DNA from: Candidatus Undinarchaeota archaeon
GTDB lineage: Archaea > SpSt-1190 > JASMDC01
DNA length: 64,000 bases
Direction of reading: 5' to 3'
NCBI GenBank assembly: GCA_964519305.1
Contig: CAZFHY010000002.1
Location: forward strand, 32,001-96,000
Every line of letters begins with the position of its first letter. The first letter of the stretch is position 1. Shown one piece after another: positions 47,803 to 57,209 of the stretch. The notes beneath the pieces were generated by a model that did not search any database, had not been told where the DNA came from, and saw nothing but the letters and a program-made list of their open reading frames with translations. The translations under genes were made by a program, and so were the position numbers.

Positions 47803-50800
47803 TGTTCATCACCACACTCTTGGACGAGAGCACTAGCGACCGACCTTCCACTGGTGCCTCGATGTACACAGCGACTGCGTAGGAACCGGGCGCGAGAGCG
47901 TTGTCGAGGGTACAGGTCAAATGTCGTACCTCATTGGGCGCGATAGAAGCCACGTCGTACCTCTGGACAAGGATAGGTCGTTCAGCGAATCCCTTGGCGA
48001 TCTTCAATACCAGCTGTGCTTGAGGGGGCCACATACTCTCACCCGTATTGCGCACCGAGACGCTCAGATGGTCAAGTGTCCTCTCTTCGATGATGATGTT
48101 CCCGTAGGAACCCTCGTCACTGGTGACCTCACATGTGTCAAAGAGGTACCCGCCGGGATTCTGACGCACGAACAGGTGGGTCTCCGCGCTCGAGAATTCC
48201 TTTCCGGTCACAGCTATGCGCACCTTTAGGAGCTTGGGGAGGAAGATGACGGGGCCACAGAACCGCACGCTGCGTACGAACACCTGGATGCCCTGAGGTG
48301 TGTTCACGAGGTTCATCTCATCGTACGGGATTGTGGTCGTATTGACGCCTTCACCGTAGTCGTTGGTGATCGTAATGTAGAGGTTACGGAAGTCCTCGTT
48401 GCTGAATCCGCGGAGGGCAAGAGTGAGAGTGAAGTCGAATCCTAGAACGCTCTCTGCCTGGAACACGTAGTCGGCGGGCTCCACGGAGACTATGTCGATG
48501 GTCGTAGGCGCCACCTCGTGCAGCTCTACGGGTGGTGCTGTGAGGTTGATGCCTTGACCGAGATGGGATACGTTCACCTCAAGGGCCGCGTAAGGACCCA
48601 TCTCCTCGGGATGTGGGGATCGGAAGATGACGAGCATGTCCCACAGGCCCCTGATGTCGTCGTACTCGGCGGAGTTGACAATCATCTCCTCTCCACCAAG
48701 ATATGCACGAAACGCGTCCTTCGGGAAGGATGTGACAAGGTTACCCCGGTCCGAGAGACGCAATAGGATATGCTTACGTATGCCGAAGTGGATGTCCGTG
48801 TGCTCGAATGTCGTGGGCGCGGCCACTACTCGTCCGTTCAGGTCCCCGGCGTGTCGGGGGTACCACACCTCGATGGTGCGCGCCATTGACCAGACCTCCC
48901 CGTGATAGAACACCTTGATGTAAACACGATAGAAACCGGGTTCGGGATTTGCTTGGATGGGGAACCTGAAGCGCCACCTCCCACTGCCCAAATACTCCGA
49001 AGGTCGTACTTTGGGGAGGCGCTCCCGTCCAACGGTGAACTGGGCATGGAGGTCCCGGGTGAGCTCGTCGGAGAGGTCGACCTGGCGATAGCCCAACTTC
49101 AAGACAAGGTCGAAGGTGACACCCTCAGCAAGGTCCTCCCGGCGTACAGTGAGCGGGGTCAGTCCCTCCACTTTAGCCGTCAGCGTCGGCTCTATACACC
49201 CGTTGAGTGTGCACAGCTGGCTAAAAGCGCAAGTATCCAATGTGTTGGACGTGTCGTCAAGACATGAACACGTCCTTTTTGCACACGTCTCTCCGTCGAA
49301 CGCACAAGCATATGATACAAGACCGGCGCGGATGGAGCATCCGCCCTCGGTAAGGTCGAAGCCCACGTCCCTACCACCCTGACAGCCGTCCTCGGTGCAG
49401 AGGGCCTCCATCTTGCACACGAACACCTCGCGTCGGTTGGCACACAAGCAGGAAGGGAGCTCATCGGGCCCCGGTCTGCACCGCATCCCCTCGTTCAGGC
49501 AGGGCATGGCGAGGTCCGGGCCCACAATGAACTGTCCATTTTGGCAGATACCGAAAAGGCGGTTATCGGGTTCGATGTCGTGGATGATGACCGATTGGCT
49601 ACGAGTCGCCACCGTGCGACCCCCTTGGACGACCCGGATACGGAGCGTGTACTCGCCCCTGCGGGCACCAGCAGGCACCTCGAGGAAGAAGCCGGCACAT
49701 TGCTGAGGCTCGTTGTGGGCCGCAACCATCGAGCCCACAGCGTCCAGTAGGGTGGCGTAGCACATAGCGTTCGACAGATGCGAGAGCGTGATGGAGATTG
49801 TCTCACCGGCCATGAACTCCCGCTTGGCGGTGAAGTTGCCCTCGAGCTCTCGTGTTTTGGAGGTGATCACCTGGAACACACGGGAGAGAGAGTTGCGCTC
49901 TGGGCCGCTCACTCCTTCGGCCTTGAAGACATAGGTCCCGTCATCGAGCTGAGTGGTGTCGACGGGCACCTCTGCATCGCACCCCACAGCGCTGTCGAAC
50001 ACGGCCTCCCCCCGGGCGTCTACCAGTCTCACTGTGCAGCTCGCATCCAGCTTGCGGCTCTGCAGCCGGGCCGTAGTGGTCTCGCCACGGTACACGATAC
50101 GTGAAGGTCTGCTCACCGTTGTCTGGAATGAGATGAACTGCTGGGGTGGAGTGGTTACTGCGAAGGTGAAGCTCTTGTGGGCGACATGAAGGGTTTCCTC
50201 CACGCTAACAGCGAATGTCTCAATCGTGTAATCAGAGGCGACCGGCCACGGTCCCACGTGAACATATGTGGGGGCACAGTTGGGCGATACCTGGGTGAAG
50301 TACACGGCCCGTCCACGTCGGACGTAAGTAAGGCACAGGGTCGGTTTGACCTCAGTGGCCTCGTCGATGTTGAACTCCAGACCTACCGCGGAACGTTGTG
50401 TGGCCGCTGGTGTCGAGAGCATAGGATTGAAGCTGATTCCTTGGATGTCAGCGAACACGCCAACGTTGAGGGTGACGCCCTGGCCTGATACACCGCTCTT
50501 TCTAAACCGCTGGGCAGGGGGGATGAGCACGTTCTCTTCCCAGGTGATCCCTATGTTCTCAAAGAGGTCGAGATAGAGTGGTGTGTACGATACATGGAAC
50601 GAGACCTCACCTGTCGGTGCAAGGTCCTTGAGCACGATGAAACGCGAGATGTCGTCGATGAACACGTGTACATAGAGCTTCTCGTGTTCGAAGGATACGA
50701 AGCAGAAGCTCAGCGCATAGTCCTTGAAAAGTGACCTGCAGACGTACTCTCGTAGTTTCTCCTCCTCTGTTGAGAACAGTGATGCGACCTCGTCCGGTTC

Positions 50801-50947
50801 GAGCGCCATGGTGAAGGAGATATCGGCCCGGCGCATCTCAAGAAGATTGGTCGTGCCCGATACGGTAGCAGATGTGGCCGCCCTGCTCGTAAGTAAGACT
50901 ATCAGTAGAATGAGCGGTAGCGCACGGCCGACCAAGCTCATGCTCAT
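47792..50947 (-). CDS. Large secreted multi-domain surface protein (Ig-like repeats, Cys-rich core, CARDB-like end)
   Basis: Signal peptide; G.Y.. beta-sandwich motifs; Cys-dense middle; 'V.V.N.G' C-terminal domain. Confidence 0.7.
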   Translation of the reverse strand: MSMSLVGRALPLILLIVLLTSRAATSATVSGTTNLLEMRRADISFTMALEPDEVASLFSTEEEKLREYVCRSLFKDYALSFCFVSFEHEKLYVHVFIDDISRFIVLKDLAPTGEVSFHVSYTPLYLDLFENIGITWEENVLIPPAQRFRKSGVSGQGVTLNVGVFADIQGISFNPMLSTPAATQRSAVGLEFNIDEATEVKPTLCLTYVRRGRAVYFTQVSPNCAPTYVHVGPWPVASDYTIETFAVSVEETLHVAHKSFTFAVTTPPQQFISFQTTVSRPSRIVYRGETTTARLQSRKLDASCTVRLVDARGEAVFDSAVGCDAEVPVDTTQLDDGTYVFKAEGVSGPERNSLSRVFQVITSKTRELEGNFTAKREFMAGETISITLSHLSNAMCYATLLDAVGSMVAAHNEPQQCAGFFLEVPAGARRGEYTLRIRVVQGGRTVATRSQSVIIHDIEPDNRLFGICQNGQFIVGPDLAMPCLNEGMRCRPGPDELPSCLCANRREVFVCKMEALCTEDGCQGGRDVGFDLTEGGCSIRAGLVSYACAFDGETCAKRTCSCLDDTSNTLDTCAFSQLCTLNGCIEPTLTAKVEGLTPLTVRREDLAEGVTFDLVLKLGYRQVDLSDELTRDLHAQFTVGRERLPKVRPSEYLGSGRWRFRFPIQANPEPGFYRVYIKVFYHGEVWSMARTIEVWYPRHAGDLNGRVVAAPTTFEHTDIHFGIRKHILLRLSDRGNLVTSFPKDAFRAYLGGEEMIVNSAEYDDIRGLWDMLVIFRSPHPEEMGPYAALEVNVSHLGQGINLTAPPVELHEVAPTTIDIVSVEPADYVFQAESVLGFDFTLTLALRGFSNEDFRNLYITITNDYGEGVNTTTIPYDEMNLVNTPQGIQVFVRSVRFCGPVIFLPKLLKVRIAVTGKEFSSAETHLFVRQNPGGYLFDTCEVTSDEGSYGNIIIEERTLDHLSVSVRNTGESMWPPQAQLVLKIAKGFAERPILVQRYDVASIAPNEVRHLTCTLDNALAPGSYAVAVYIEAPVEGRSLVLSSKSVVMNIEE

Positions 50948-50996
50948 GCCAAAGGCTCAGCCGTGAAAGCTTATATGTTGTTTGGCGAGGGCTTTC

Positions 50997-51320
50997 TCAC
51001 GCCTGGAGGTCCACGTTCTCCGGGAGCATGAGGAGCCATGCACCGTCGAGACCTAGCATCCTGCCGCCGCGGTCGAGACAGGCCTGTCTCAGTCCCTTGA
51101 GCGCATTGCCCAAGTTCATTGAATCGGAGGAGATAGGTTCCCCAAGACGGATCATACAGATCTTGTCATCATTGAACGCACGCAGGACATTGTGCACATG
51201 TGGATACTCGCTCAGGTCGCACACTACAATGGAGTGTCGCATCTGGGGATCGGGGCACATCTCGTCCGCGTCGAGCACGGGCATCGCTTCGATGGGTGAT
51301 TCCTCTCGGCCGAAGAACAT
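50997..51320 (-). CDS. sepF: Cell division protein SepF-like
   Basis: Size and C-terminal 'GG....D..W....P..V' pattern of archaeal SepF. Confidence 0.65.
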   Translation of the reverse strand: MFFGREESPIEAMPVLDADEMCPDPQMRHSIVVCDLSEYPHVHNVLRAFNDDKICMIRLGEPISSDSMNLGNALKGLRQACLDRGGRMLGLDGAWLLMLPENVDLQA

Positions 51321-51401
51321 ATCATTTCAATCCTGGCGGGGGGGCCAGAGTAAGGATGTGTCATCATCGTATTTAAAGTTGCCAAGCGCGGTGCCCAAAC
51401 G

Positions 51402-52136
51402 TCATCGCACGATGCCTGCGGGCGTCACGCGTTCCAGACCGTTCTCTGCGGTCCTGACGTACACATCGTTATCGAACAGACCTGCCACGTCGACCGCCAT
51501 CTCTACGAGCTCGTCTCGGCTGTAGCTGGGTTCATCAGTGTACTCGGGGTCCAGTGTACCCTCCGATCCCCGGAACTGCTGGATTGTGAGACGGTCGGCG
51601 CGGATCGTGCGGGCGATGTCCAGGAGGTCCTCCTGTGTGTGGAGTCGCGGTACTACCGTGGTACGGGCCTCAAGGTACTTACTACGTGCGATGTCCTTTG
51701 AACGGCGGACGAGTTCCACGATACCCGGGAACTCCCGGCCGATGACCCGTTCGTATTGTTCTTGGACCAGGGGTGCCTTCACGTCGATAGCGACGTAGTC
51801 GACGAGGTCGATGAGCGCCTTTAACTTGTCGGGATGCGTGCCGTTCGTATCGATCTTGACCAGGAGGCCCATCTCCTTGATGCTCTTGACGAGGGGCAGG
51901 ATGTCCTGGAGCAGTGGTTCACCTCCCGTGATCGTCACAGCGTCGAGGAAGTCAGCAGACCCGCGGAGCTCGGCGAGAATATCCTCTTCACTACGCTCTT
52001 TGCAGTCCTCCCCGCTGATCAGGCTGCGGTTCTGGCAGTATGGGCAGCGGAGGTTGCACCCTCCAAGGAAAATCACGGCAGAGAGCTTGCCGGGGTAGTC
52101 CACGGTGCTCATATGAGCTATCGGAGCAAGGAGCAC
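51402..52136 (-). CDS. nrdG: Anaerobic ribonucleotide reductase activating radical SAM protein
   Basis: ST.DYPG, GCNLRCPYCQN, TGGEP, DTNG, D.KAP, RTT. Confidence 0.9.
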   Translation of the reverse strand: MLLAPIAHMSTVDYPGKLSAVIFLGGCNLRCPYCQNRSLISGEDCKERSEEDILAELRGSADFLDAVTITGGEPLLQDILPLVKSIKEMGLLVKIDTNGTHPDKLKALIDLVDYVAIDVKAPLVQEQYERVIGREFPGIVELVRRSKDIARSKYLEARTTVVPRLHTQEDLLDIARTIRADRLTIQQFRGSEGTLDPEYTDEPSYSRDELVEMAVDVAGLFDNDVYVRTAENGLERVTPAGIVR

Positions 52137-52137
52137 T

Positions 52138-52416
52138 TCACTGGCCTGCGCGCTTGATTATCTCTGCGATGAGCTGATCCTCTGAGGGGACCTCGCCACG
52201 GAACACAGCTTCCTCACCGATGGCGATGGATGGAGTGGACATGACCTGATAGAGAAGGCCCGTGACCATGTCCGTTGAGAGATCTACATGCTTGACCTCG
52301 ATCTTGTCTGAGCGACTGGCCACCTTGTCCACGACATCCTTGGCGGCGGGACAGTTGGCGCATTTCGGCATGGTGAACACCGTCACGGTGACGGATTTCT
52401 TGAGCTCAAGGTCCAT
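52138..52416 (-). CDS. Thioredoxin/glutaredoxin-like protein
   Basis: CANC, V.STP, F.G.VP. Confidence 0.85.
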   Translation of the reverse strand: MDLELKKSVTVTVFTMPKCANCPAAKDVVDKVASRSDKIEVKHVDLSTDMVTGLLYQVMSTPSIAIGEEAVFRGEVPSEDQLIAEIIKRAGQ

Positions 52417-52510
52417 GGTCCCTCGCGGAAGGGCCAAGCTTTAAGACCCTATTGGCCGGGCACCGAACCTCTCCAATCCCTTAATAAATCTTGTCAGGGT
52501 CCGCGACCTC

Positions 52511-53584
52511 ATGGAGACATGGGCTCGCCGGGCTTCCCGCAAGGGACACCTGGGGCCCTATGAACTGGAGCTGGGGACACGCATAATCAGGCTATTCCTC
52601 CGTCATGGTGCGTCCGATGCTGCCCAGCGGAGCGCAGATGCACTTACCGAGGCCCTTGGTGAGGCAGCGAACTCATGGGAGCGCTGGGAGCGGTACGGTC
52701 TGGCAGCAGAGGAGCTGGAAGCAGCGTCCGCCCTCCGGCAGATGGTCGGTGACGCTGAGAGTTGCAAGGTTCTTTCCCGCAAGGCCATAGTACTGCGCAA
52801 GCGTGAGGCCAAGCAGGACGTAAAAGTGTTGAAAGAAGCCCAACGCATCATCGCAGAGCATCGTTCGATATTTGAGAGTGGTGAGATGACTTGGGAAGAC
52901 CTACTATGGCTCCACGATGCAGCAGTGACTGTCCATTCACATCTCTGCAGGGATGTGGGGCCTGACGACGACCATTACGTCATTGTAGAGGCCTCTTGGG
53001 AGCGGCTCCTTCAAAAGCGGGATGAACTGGCAGTGCTGGACGTCATTAGGGGCTGCCCGGACTGCAGAACTGCGTTGTTGCCCCTGGTTTGTGCCCAAGA
53101 TCTACCCGCAGTAACCCTCCACTTCTGTCCTCAATGCGGACGGTGTTTCGGAACACGCTCTGCACTAGGATGGCGTGGACGGGGGCCGGTTGTGCTCACG
53201 CTCACTCGCGTAACCAATGTATCGCTCTCCGAGCGATTGTACACGATATTACGCGAGGATAGGGGAGCAGTCCATCTAGTGGTAAATCCCGACCGTAAGA
53301 TAGTCCTTGGCTTCGAGCTCACGACTTCTGGTCCCGTTGCGTTCAAGCCGGGGACCGCAGTTATCTATTCCGGTCTGGACGAGCCCTTGCGCTACTTGGC
53401 ACTTGAGGGTGGTCCCACGCTCGATGCCCTCCTGACGGCCTGGGGTGAGCACAGAGAGCATTTCCAGCATGTCGAAGAGGAGCTAACGCGTGCCCTCAGG
53501 GAGGAGACTGCCCGGTTGCTGGAGGAATCGGACCTATTGGAAAAGGCTGGTGCGACGCCGGTAGTGGGGCCCCCTGCGGGGTAA
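52511..53584 (+). CDS. Hypothetical protein with internal Zn ribbon
   Basis: Helical N-terminus, CPDC...CPQC. Confidence 0.6.
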   Translation: METWARRASRKGHLGPYELELGTRIIRLFLRHGASDAAQRSADALTEALGEAANSWERWERYGLAAEELEAASALRQMVGDAESCKVLSRKAIVLRKREAKQDVKVLKEAQRIIAEHRSIFESGEMTWEDLLWLHDAAVTVHSHLCRDVGPDDDHYVIVEASWERLLQKRDELAVLDVIRGCPDCRTALLPLVCAQDLPAVTLHFCPQCGRCFGTRSALGWRGRGPVVLTLTRVTNVSLSERLYTILREDRGAVHLVVNPDRKIVLGFELTTSGPVAFKPGTAVIYSGLDEPLRYLALEGGPTLDALLTAWGEHREHFQHVEEELTRALREETARLLEESDLLEKAGATPVVGPPAG

Positions 53585-53595
53585 TGACCCCGCCC

Positions 53596-53666
53596 GCGGC
53601 GATGATGAGAGCTTTTGTCTCGCAGGGCCTTTGGCCCGATGATGCGTGACGGGCGATCTGAGCCGC
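53596..53666 (+). ncRNA. Box C/D methylation guide sRNA, predicted target SSU rRNA C1402 (E. coli numbering)
   Basis: Terminal stem GCGGC/GCCGC; C box ATGATGA 53602-53608; C'-like ATGATGC 53639-53645; guide GTGACGGGCGAT antisense to CGCCCGUCAC; D box CTGA 53658-53661. Confidence 0.8.
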
Positions 53667-53745
53667 TGGCCCCTGACGGTTTAAAATCGGGATACTGCAT
53701 CGAGATTTTTAACATCACAAGTACACAAGATGTTATGGAAGGCAT

Positions 53746-54459
53746 CTATGCAACACTAGAGTGTAGATAGTACAGTCCGACCACGATGAAGATGAAAGCT
53801 GTAATCTTCCTCAACACAATCTCAACTGATGTAACCTGCTTAACGATGCGTTCGACCGAACTGTATCCCAGACTGAGGATAAGAGCGAACACAGCCACGG
53901 GTAAGGCGGTCCCTACGCCGAAGATGGGTGGAAGTAGAACTCCTCCAGTTGTCTTCAATGAGAGCGGTATGAGCAGCGCAAAGAAGAACACAGCACTATA
54001 AGGACAGAACGCAAGAGCAAGCAGAGCGCCCAGAAGAAAGGAACCCAAGGTTCCGGATTCCCCTGCTTTTAACCGGAGTCTTTCCATGAAGGTGCTACCG
54101 CTTGGAAGTCCAAGGGGGAGCAGGTCCGCAAGGACGAGGCCACCCAGGATAAGTATAGGTCCCATGAGGCTATTGCCCCATGACTGGAGGGGGAGGGCGA
54201 CCTCGCTGGCCTTCAGCCCGATAGTGACGAGGAGGACACCCAGTATCGAATATGTGAATACACGCCCGAGGGTGTAAAGTGAAGCGGCCACGAATGTGTC
54301 TCTGGGACGTGTCATATTCCTGGAAATATAGGCGATAGCAGCAATATTGGACGCTAGGGGACAGGGGCTGATGGACGTAACGAGACCTAACAGGAACGCT
54401 GTTACGGGTGCAACCTGTGAGGAATCGACCATCAATAATACTTGCTCAACGAGGCTCAT
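53746..54459 (-). CDS. ArsG-family/CcdA-like membrane permease
   Basis: ISPCPLA.NI.AI, Y.LGR, LAFCPYS..FF. Confidence 0.88.
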   Translation of the reverse strand: MSLVEQVLLMVDSSQVAPVTAFLLGLVTSISPCPLASNIAAIAYISRNMTRPRDTFVAASLYTLGRVFTYSILGVLLVTIGLKASEVALPLQSWGNSLMGPILILGGLVLADLLPLGLPSGSTFMERLRLKAGESGTLGSFLLGALLALAFCPYSAVFFFALLIPLSLKTTGGVLLPPIFGVGTALPVAVFALILSLGYSSVERIVKQVTSVEIVLRKITAFIFIVVGLYYLHSSVA

Positions 54460-55253
54460 CCCAGACCACCGAGCTTGGCCTTCAAGAGTGGTCGGAAGTA
54501 GTCCACGAATTGTTCCTGCTCATTGTTCACGTACCATGCCCTCGTGTTCTCCTCGATGTGCTCTTCTCCATCCTTGACAACGTTCAGAAAGAGAGAGGAT
54601 GACTTGACGCCATACTTCTTCGCGATTTCCGCGTTCTCAGGTAGTTCCACGTTGATCGATTCGTAAGTGATGACGCCGTTCTTTAGCTCTTCGGCGAAAA
54701 ATGTCCGGATGGTGTACTCAGCGAACTTGGCTATGTTCCTGCACCCCGTGCACTGTTGATGGCCGTGGAAGTGGCGCACATGGATGCGATCGACCGCATA
54801 TTTTTTCACTGAGGGCGTGGACGTCGGATCGAGCGTGGGTGATGGTTGAAATGGAAGGTCGCAGGATTCGCCAGTACAGTCGACCTCTGCGCCATCGGTA
54901 CAGAAATGGTCTAGGCCGCAATGTTGTTCTCCAGCACAGTGTGCATCCGAGGAGCAGCACGTCTTTCCAGCTGCACAGCATATGCTCCAGCGGCAGTTAC
55001 CGCCTCTGCATTCCGATGTAGAGAGGCAAGGCTCACCGTTTGCTCTGAGTGACGAACCATCATCATCGATATAACTTAATGGGCCGGTGTCGACACGGGG
55101 GCCTATCTCGATCGTGTCTCCCGTCTGGAACCTGTCAACGGTGATGGTCATTAGACCGATTAGCAGCGTAGCTAGGATTATCTTGTTCGCGACCATCTCG
55201 AAGGTCCAACCGGATGCCCGCCCGGTCTCAGGCATCCCGCTCAGCTCAACCAT
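54456..55253 (-). CDS. ArsF-family thioredoxin-like protein with inserted Cys-rich domain
   Basis: C-terminal FH...C..C..I domain; TM plus ~12-Cys segment in front of it; start uncertain. Confidence 0.75.
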   Translation of the reverse strand: MVELSGMPETGRASGWTFEMVANKIILATLLIGLMTITVDRFQTGDTIEIGPRVDTGPLSYIDDDGSSLRANGEPCLSTSECRGGNCRWSICCAAGKTCCSSDAHCAGEQHCGLDHFCTDGAEVDCTGESCDLPFQPSPTLDPTSTPSVKKYAVDRIHVRHFHGHQQCTGCRNIAKFAEYTIRTFFAEELKNGVITYESINVELPENAEIAKKYGVKSSSLFLNVVKDGEEHIEENTRAWYVNNEQEQFVDYFRPLLKAKLGGLG

Positions 55254-55471
55254 TTCCGGAGCTCCTCTTCATGTGGGACCCGTCCCGAACACTTGATATC
55301 ACCATCAATGGCCAGGGCAGGGATCATCATGATACCACGTTCGATAATCTCATCGAGGTCACTGATCTTGCTCACGTCGGCATGCGGATCCAGCTCCGAA
55401 ACGACCTTCATTACCAACGCTTCGAGGGCGGTGCACGCGGGGCAGCCGGTGCCGAAGACCTCGATTCTCAT
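55241..55471 (-). CDS. MTH895/ArsE family small thioredoxin
   Basis: MRIEVFGTGCPAC...G.M..PAL.IDG...SGRVP. Confidence 0.9.
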   Translation of the reverse strand: MRIEVFGTGCPACTALEALVMKVVSELDPHADVSKISDLDEIIERGIMMIPALAIDGDIKCSGRVPHEEELRKWLS

Positions 55472-55498
55472 TAAGCTGTTAACTGGTAGCCAACATTT

Positions 55499-55535
55499 AT
55501 ATGAATATCCGTACATATGAATACTCGTACATATG
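55499..55535. promoter_or_regulatory. Putative ArsR operator, tandem 16-bp repeat
   Basis: ATATGAATATCCGTAC ATATGAATACTCGTAC ATATG between the divergent arsE-like gene and arsR. Confidence 0.65.
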
Positions 55536-55835
55536 GATGTCGAACGCCTGTTCCGGTGTCTGGACGATAGTACACGCCGTCGCATCCTCCTCTTCCTTGG
55601 GAAGGACGAGAGATGCGTATGCGAGATCGTCGAGCACCTGGACCGGGACCAGTCGCTCACCTCCCACCACCTCAAGCGTCTGAGGGAATGCGGGCTGGTG
55701 CAGAGCCGTCGGGATGGGAAACGTATCATGTACCGTGTGACCGATCCCTCCCTCATCGTGCTCCTTCGTGATGCCGAGCACGTTACCGGGACGATCGATG
55801 GTATCTGTCGGTGCGTGGAGTGCGACAAGGACTAG
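55533..55835 (+). CDS. arsR: ArsR/SmtB family transcriptional repressor
   Basis: D..R..IL, CVCEI, S.HL..L...GLV, C-terminal CRCVEC. Confidence 0.92.
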   Translation: MDVERLFRCLDDSTRRRILLFLGKDERCVCEIVEHLDRDQSLTSHHLKRLRECGLVQSRRDGKRIMYRVTDPSLIVLLRDAEHVTGTIDGICRCVECDKD

Positions 55836-55886
55836 AGGGGTTGACGTCCATAAGAGCTGAATGATCAACGAGAACGGTGGACAACC

Positions 55887-57020
55887 ATGGGGAAAAATGA
55901 CGAGAAGATGGACAAGGGGTCCAAAGGGACGACCACAGAGGAGATAACCGCGGGACGCGGTCTGAGCTTCTTCGAGCGATACCTCTCTCTATGGGTCATC
56001 CTCTGCATCGTTGCAGGGATCGTCCTCGGGAGAGTTGCCCCTGGCGTTGCCACGTCCCTGGACCAGATGGCCGTGTACCAGGTGTCTATCCCCATCGCGA
56101 TATGCTTGTTCTTCATGATGTACCCCATCATGGTGAAGATCGACTTCGCCGAAGTGGTCAAGGCAGGCAAGACCCCCAAACCGGTCGCGCTCACCCTGTT
56201 CGTCAACTGGTGCGTGAAGCCCTTCACCATGTACCTCATCGCCTCATTCTTCCTAGGGTCCATGTTCGCTCCGCATCTGGTGGGTACCGAGATAATCAAG
56301 GATGGAAGACAGGTGGAACTGTTCCGCTCCTACATAGCCGGCGCCATTCTTCTGGGCATCGCTCCCTGTACGGCCATGGTGCTCGTGTGGAGCCATCTTG
56401 CCAGGGCTAATATGGGCCACACCCTGGTGATGGTCGCTATCAACTCTCTGACCATGCTGTTCCTGTACGCACCGCTGGGCGGCTATCTACTGGGCGTGAA
56501 CGCCCTACCCATCCCCTGGCAGACCATCGTGCTCTCGGTAGTTGTGTACGTGGGTCTCCCTCTGGTCGCAGGTTACTTCACAAGGAAATGGATCATCGAG
56601 AACAAGGGTATGGAGTACTTCGAGGAGAACTTCCTGCCGCATCTGGGCACCGTCTCTATCGGGGCGCTGCTTGTGACCCTGGTCCTCCTGTTCTCGTTCA
56701 AGGGGGACGTCATACTGAAGCATCCCGGTACCATCTTCTACATAGCGGTCCCCCTGTTCATACAGACCATCCTCATATTCGTGCTCGGTTACGGTATTGC
56801 CAAGCTAATCGGGCTCTCGTACGAGAACGCCGCTCCCAGCGCCATCATCGGTGCGTCCAACCACTTCGAGGTGGCCATCGCAACGGCGACCATGCTGTTC
56901 GGACTGAGGTCCGGGGCCGCACTGGCCACGGTGGTGGGCGTGCTCATAGAAGTACCCGTGATGCTAATGCTCGTTGCTGTGTGCCTGCGAACGCAGGACT
57001 GGTTCCCCACAGAGGGATGA
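55887..57020 (+). CDS. acr3: Acr3 family arsenite efflux transporter
   Basis: FFERYL..W, MMYP.M, APCTAMV, SNHFE.A.A, EVPVML. Confidence 0.96.
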   Translation: MGKNDEKMDKGSKGTTTEEITAGRGLSFFERYLSLWVILCIVAGIVLGRVAPGVATSLDQMAVYQVSIPIAICLFFMMYPIMVKIDFAEVVKAGKTPKPVALTLFVNWCVKPFTMYLIASFFLGSMFAPHLVGTEIIKDGRQVELFRSYIAGAILLGIAPCTAMVLVWSHLARANMGHTLVMVAINSLTMLFLYAPLGGYLLGVNALPIPWQTIVLSVVVYVGLPLVAGYFTRKWIIENKGMEYFEENFLPHLGTVSIGALLVTLVLLFSFKGDVILKHPGTIFYIAVPLFIQTILIFVLGYGIAKLIGLSYENAAPSAIIGASNHFEVAIATATMLFGLRSGAALATVVGVLIEVPVMLMLVAVCLRTQDWFPTEG

Positions 57021-57063
57021 TGGTGCCGTAACATTTAGGATTATTGTACAAAGGTGAACGACA

Positions 57064-57207
57064 ATGGCTGAAGAAAAGAAAGGCTGGCTCAAGGGATTAT
57101 TGGACAAGATGGACAGTGACCTGGAGGATAGGTCGAAGAAGAGCGGATGCTGTTGCTCTGGTAGTTCGTGCTGTCCACCGCCCAAGAAGAAGGACGAAGA
57201 GAAGTAG
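57064..57207 (+). CDS. 47-aa Cys-rich putative metal(loid)-binding peptide
   Basis: Below the ORF-track cutoff; AGGTGA SD; MAEEKKGWLKGLLDKMDSDLEDRSKKSGCCCSGSSCCPPPKKKDEEK. Confidence 0.75.
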   Translation: MAEEKKGWLKGLLDKMDSDLEDRSKKSGCCCSGSSCCPPPKKKDEEK

Positions 57208-57209
57208 GG

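Noticed and set aside
51325-51370. Minus-strand ATGATGA C-box-like motif upstream of sepF
   Set aside because: No canonical CTGA D box or terminal stem at a suitable distance
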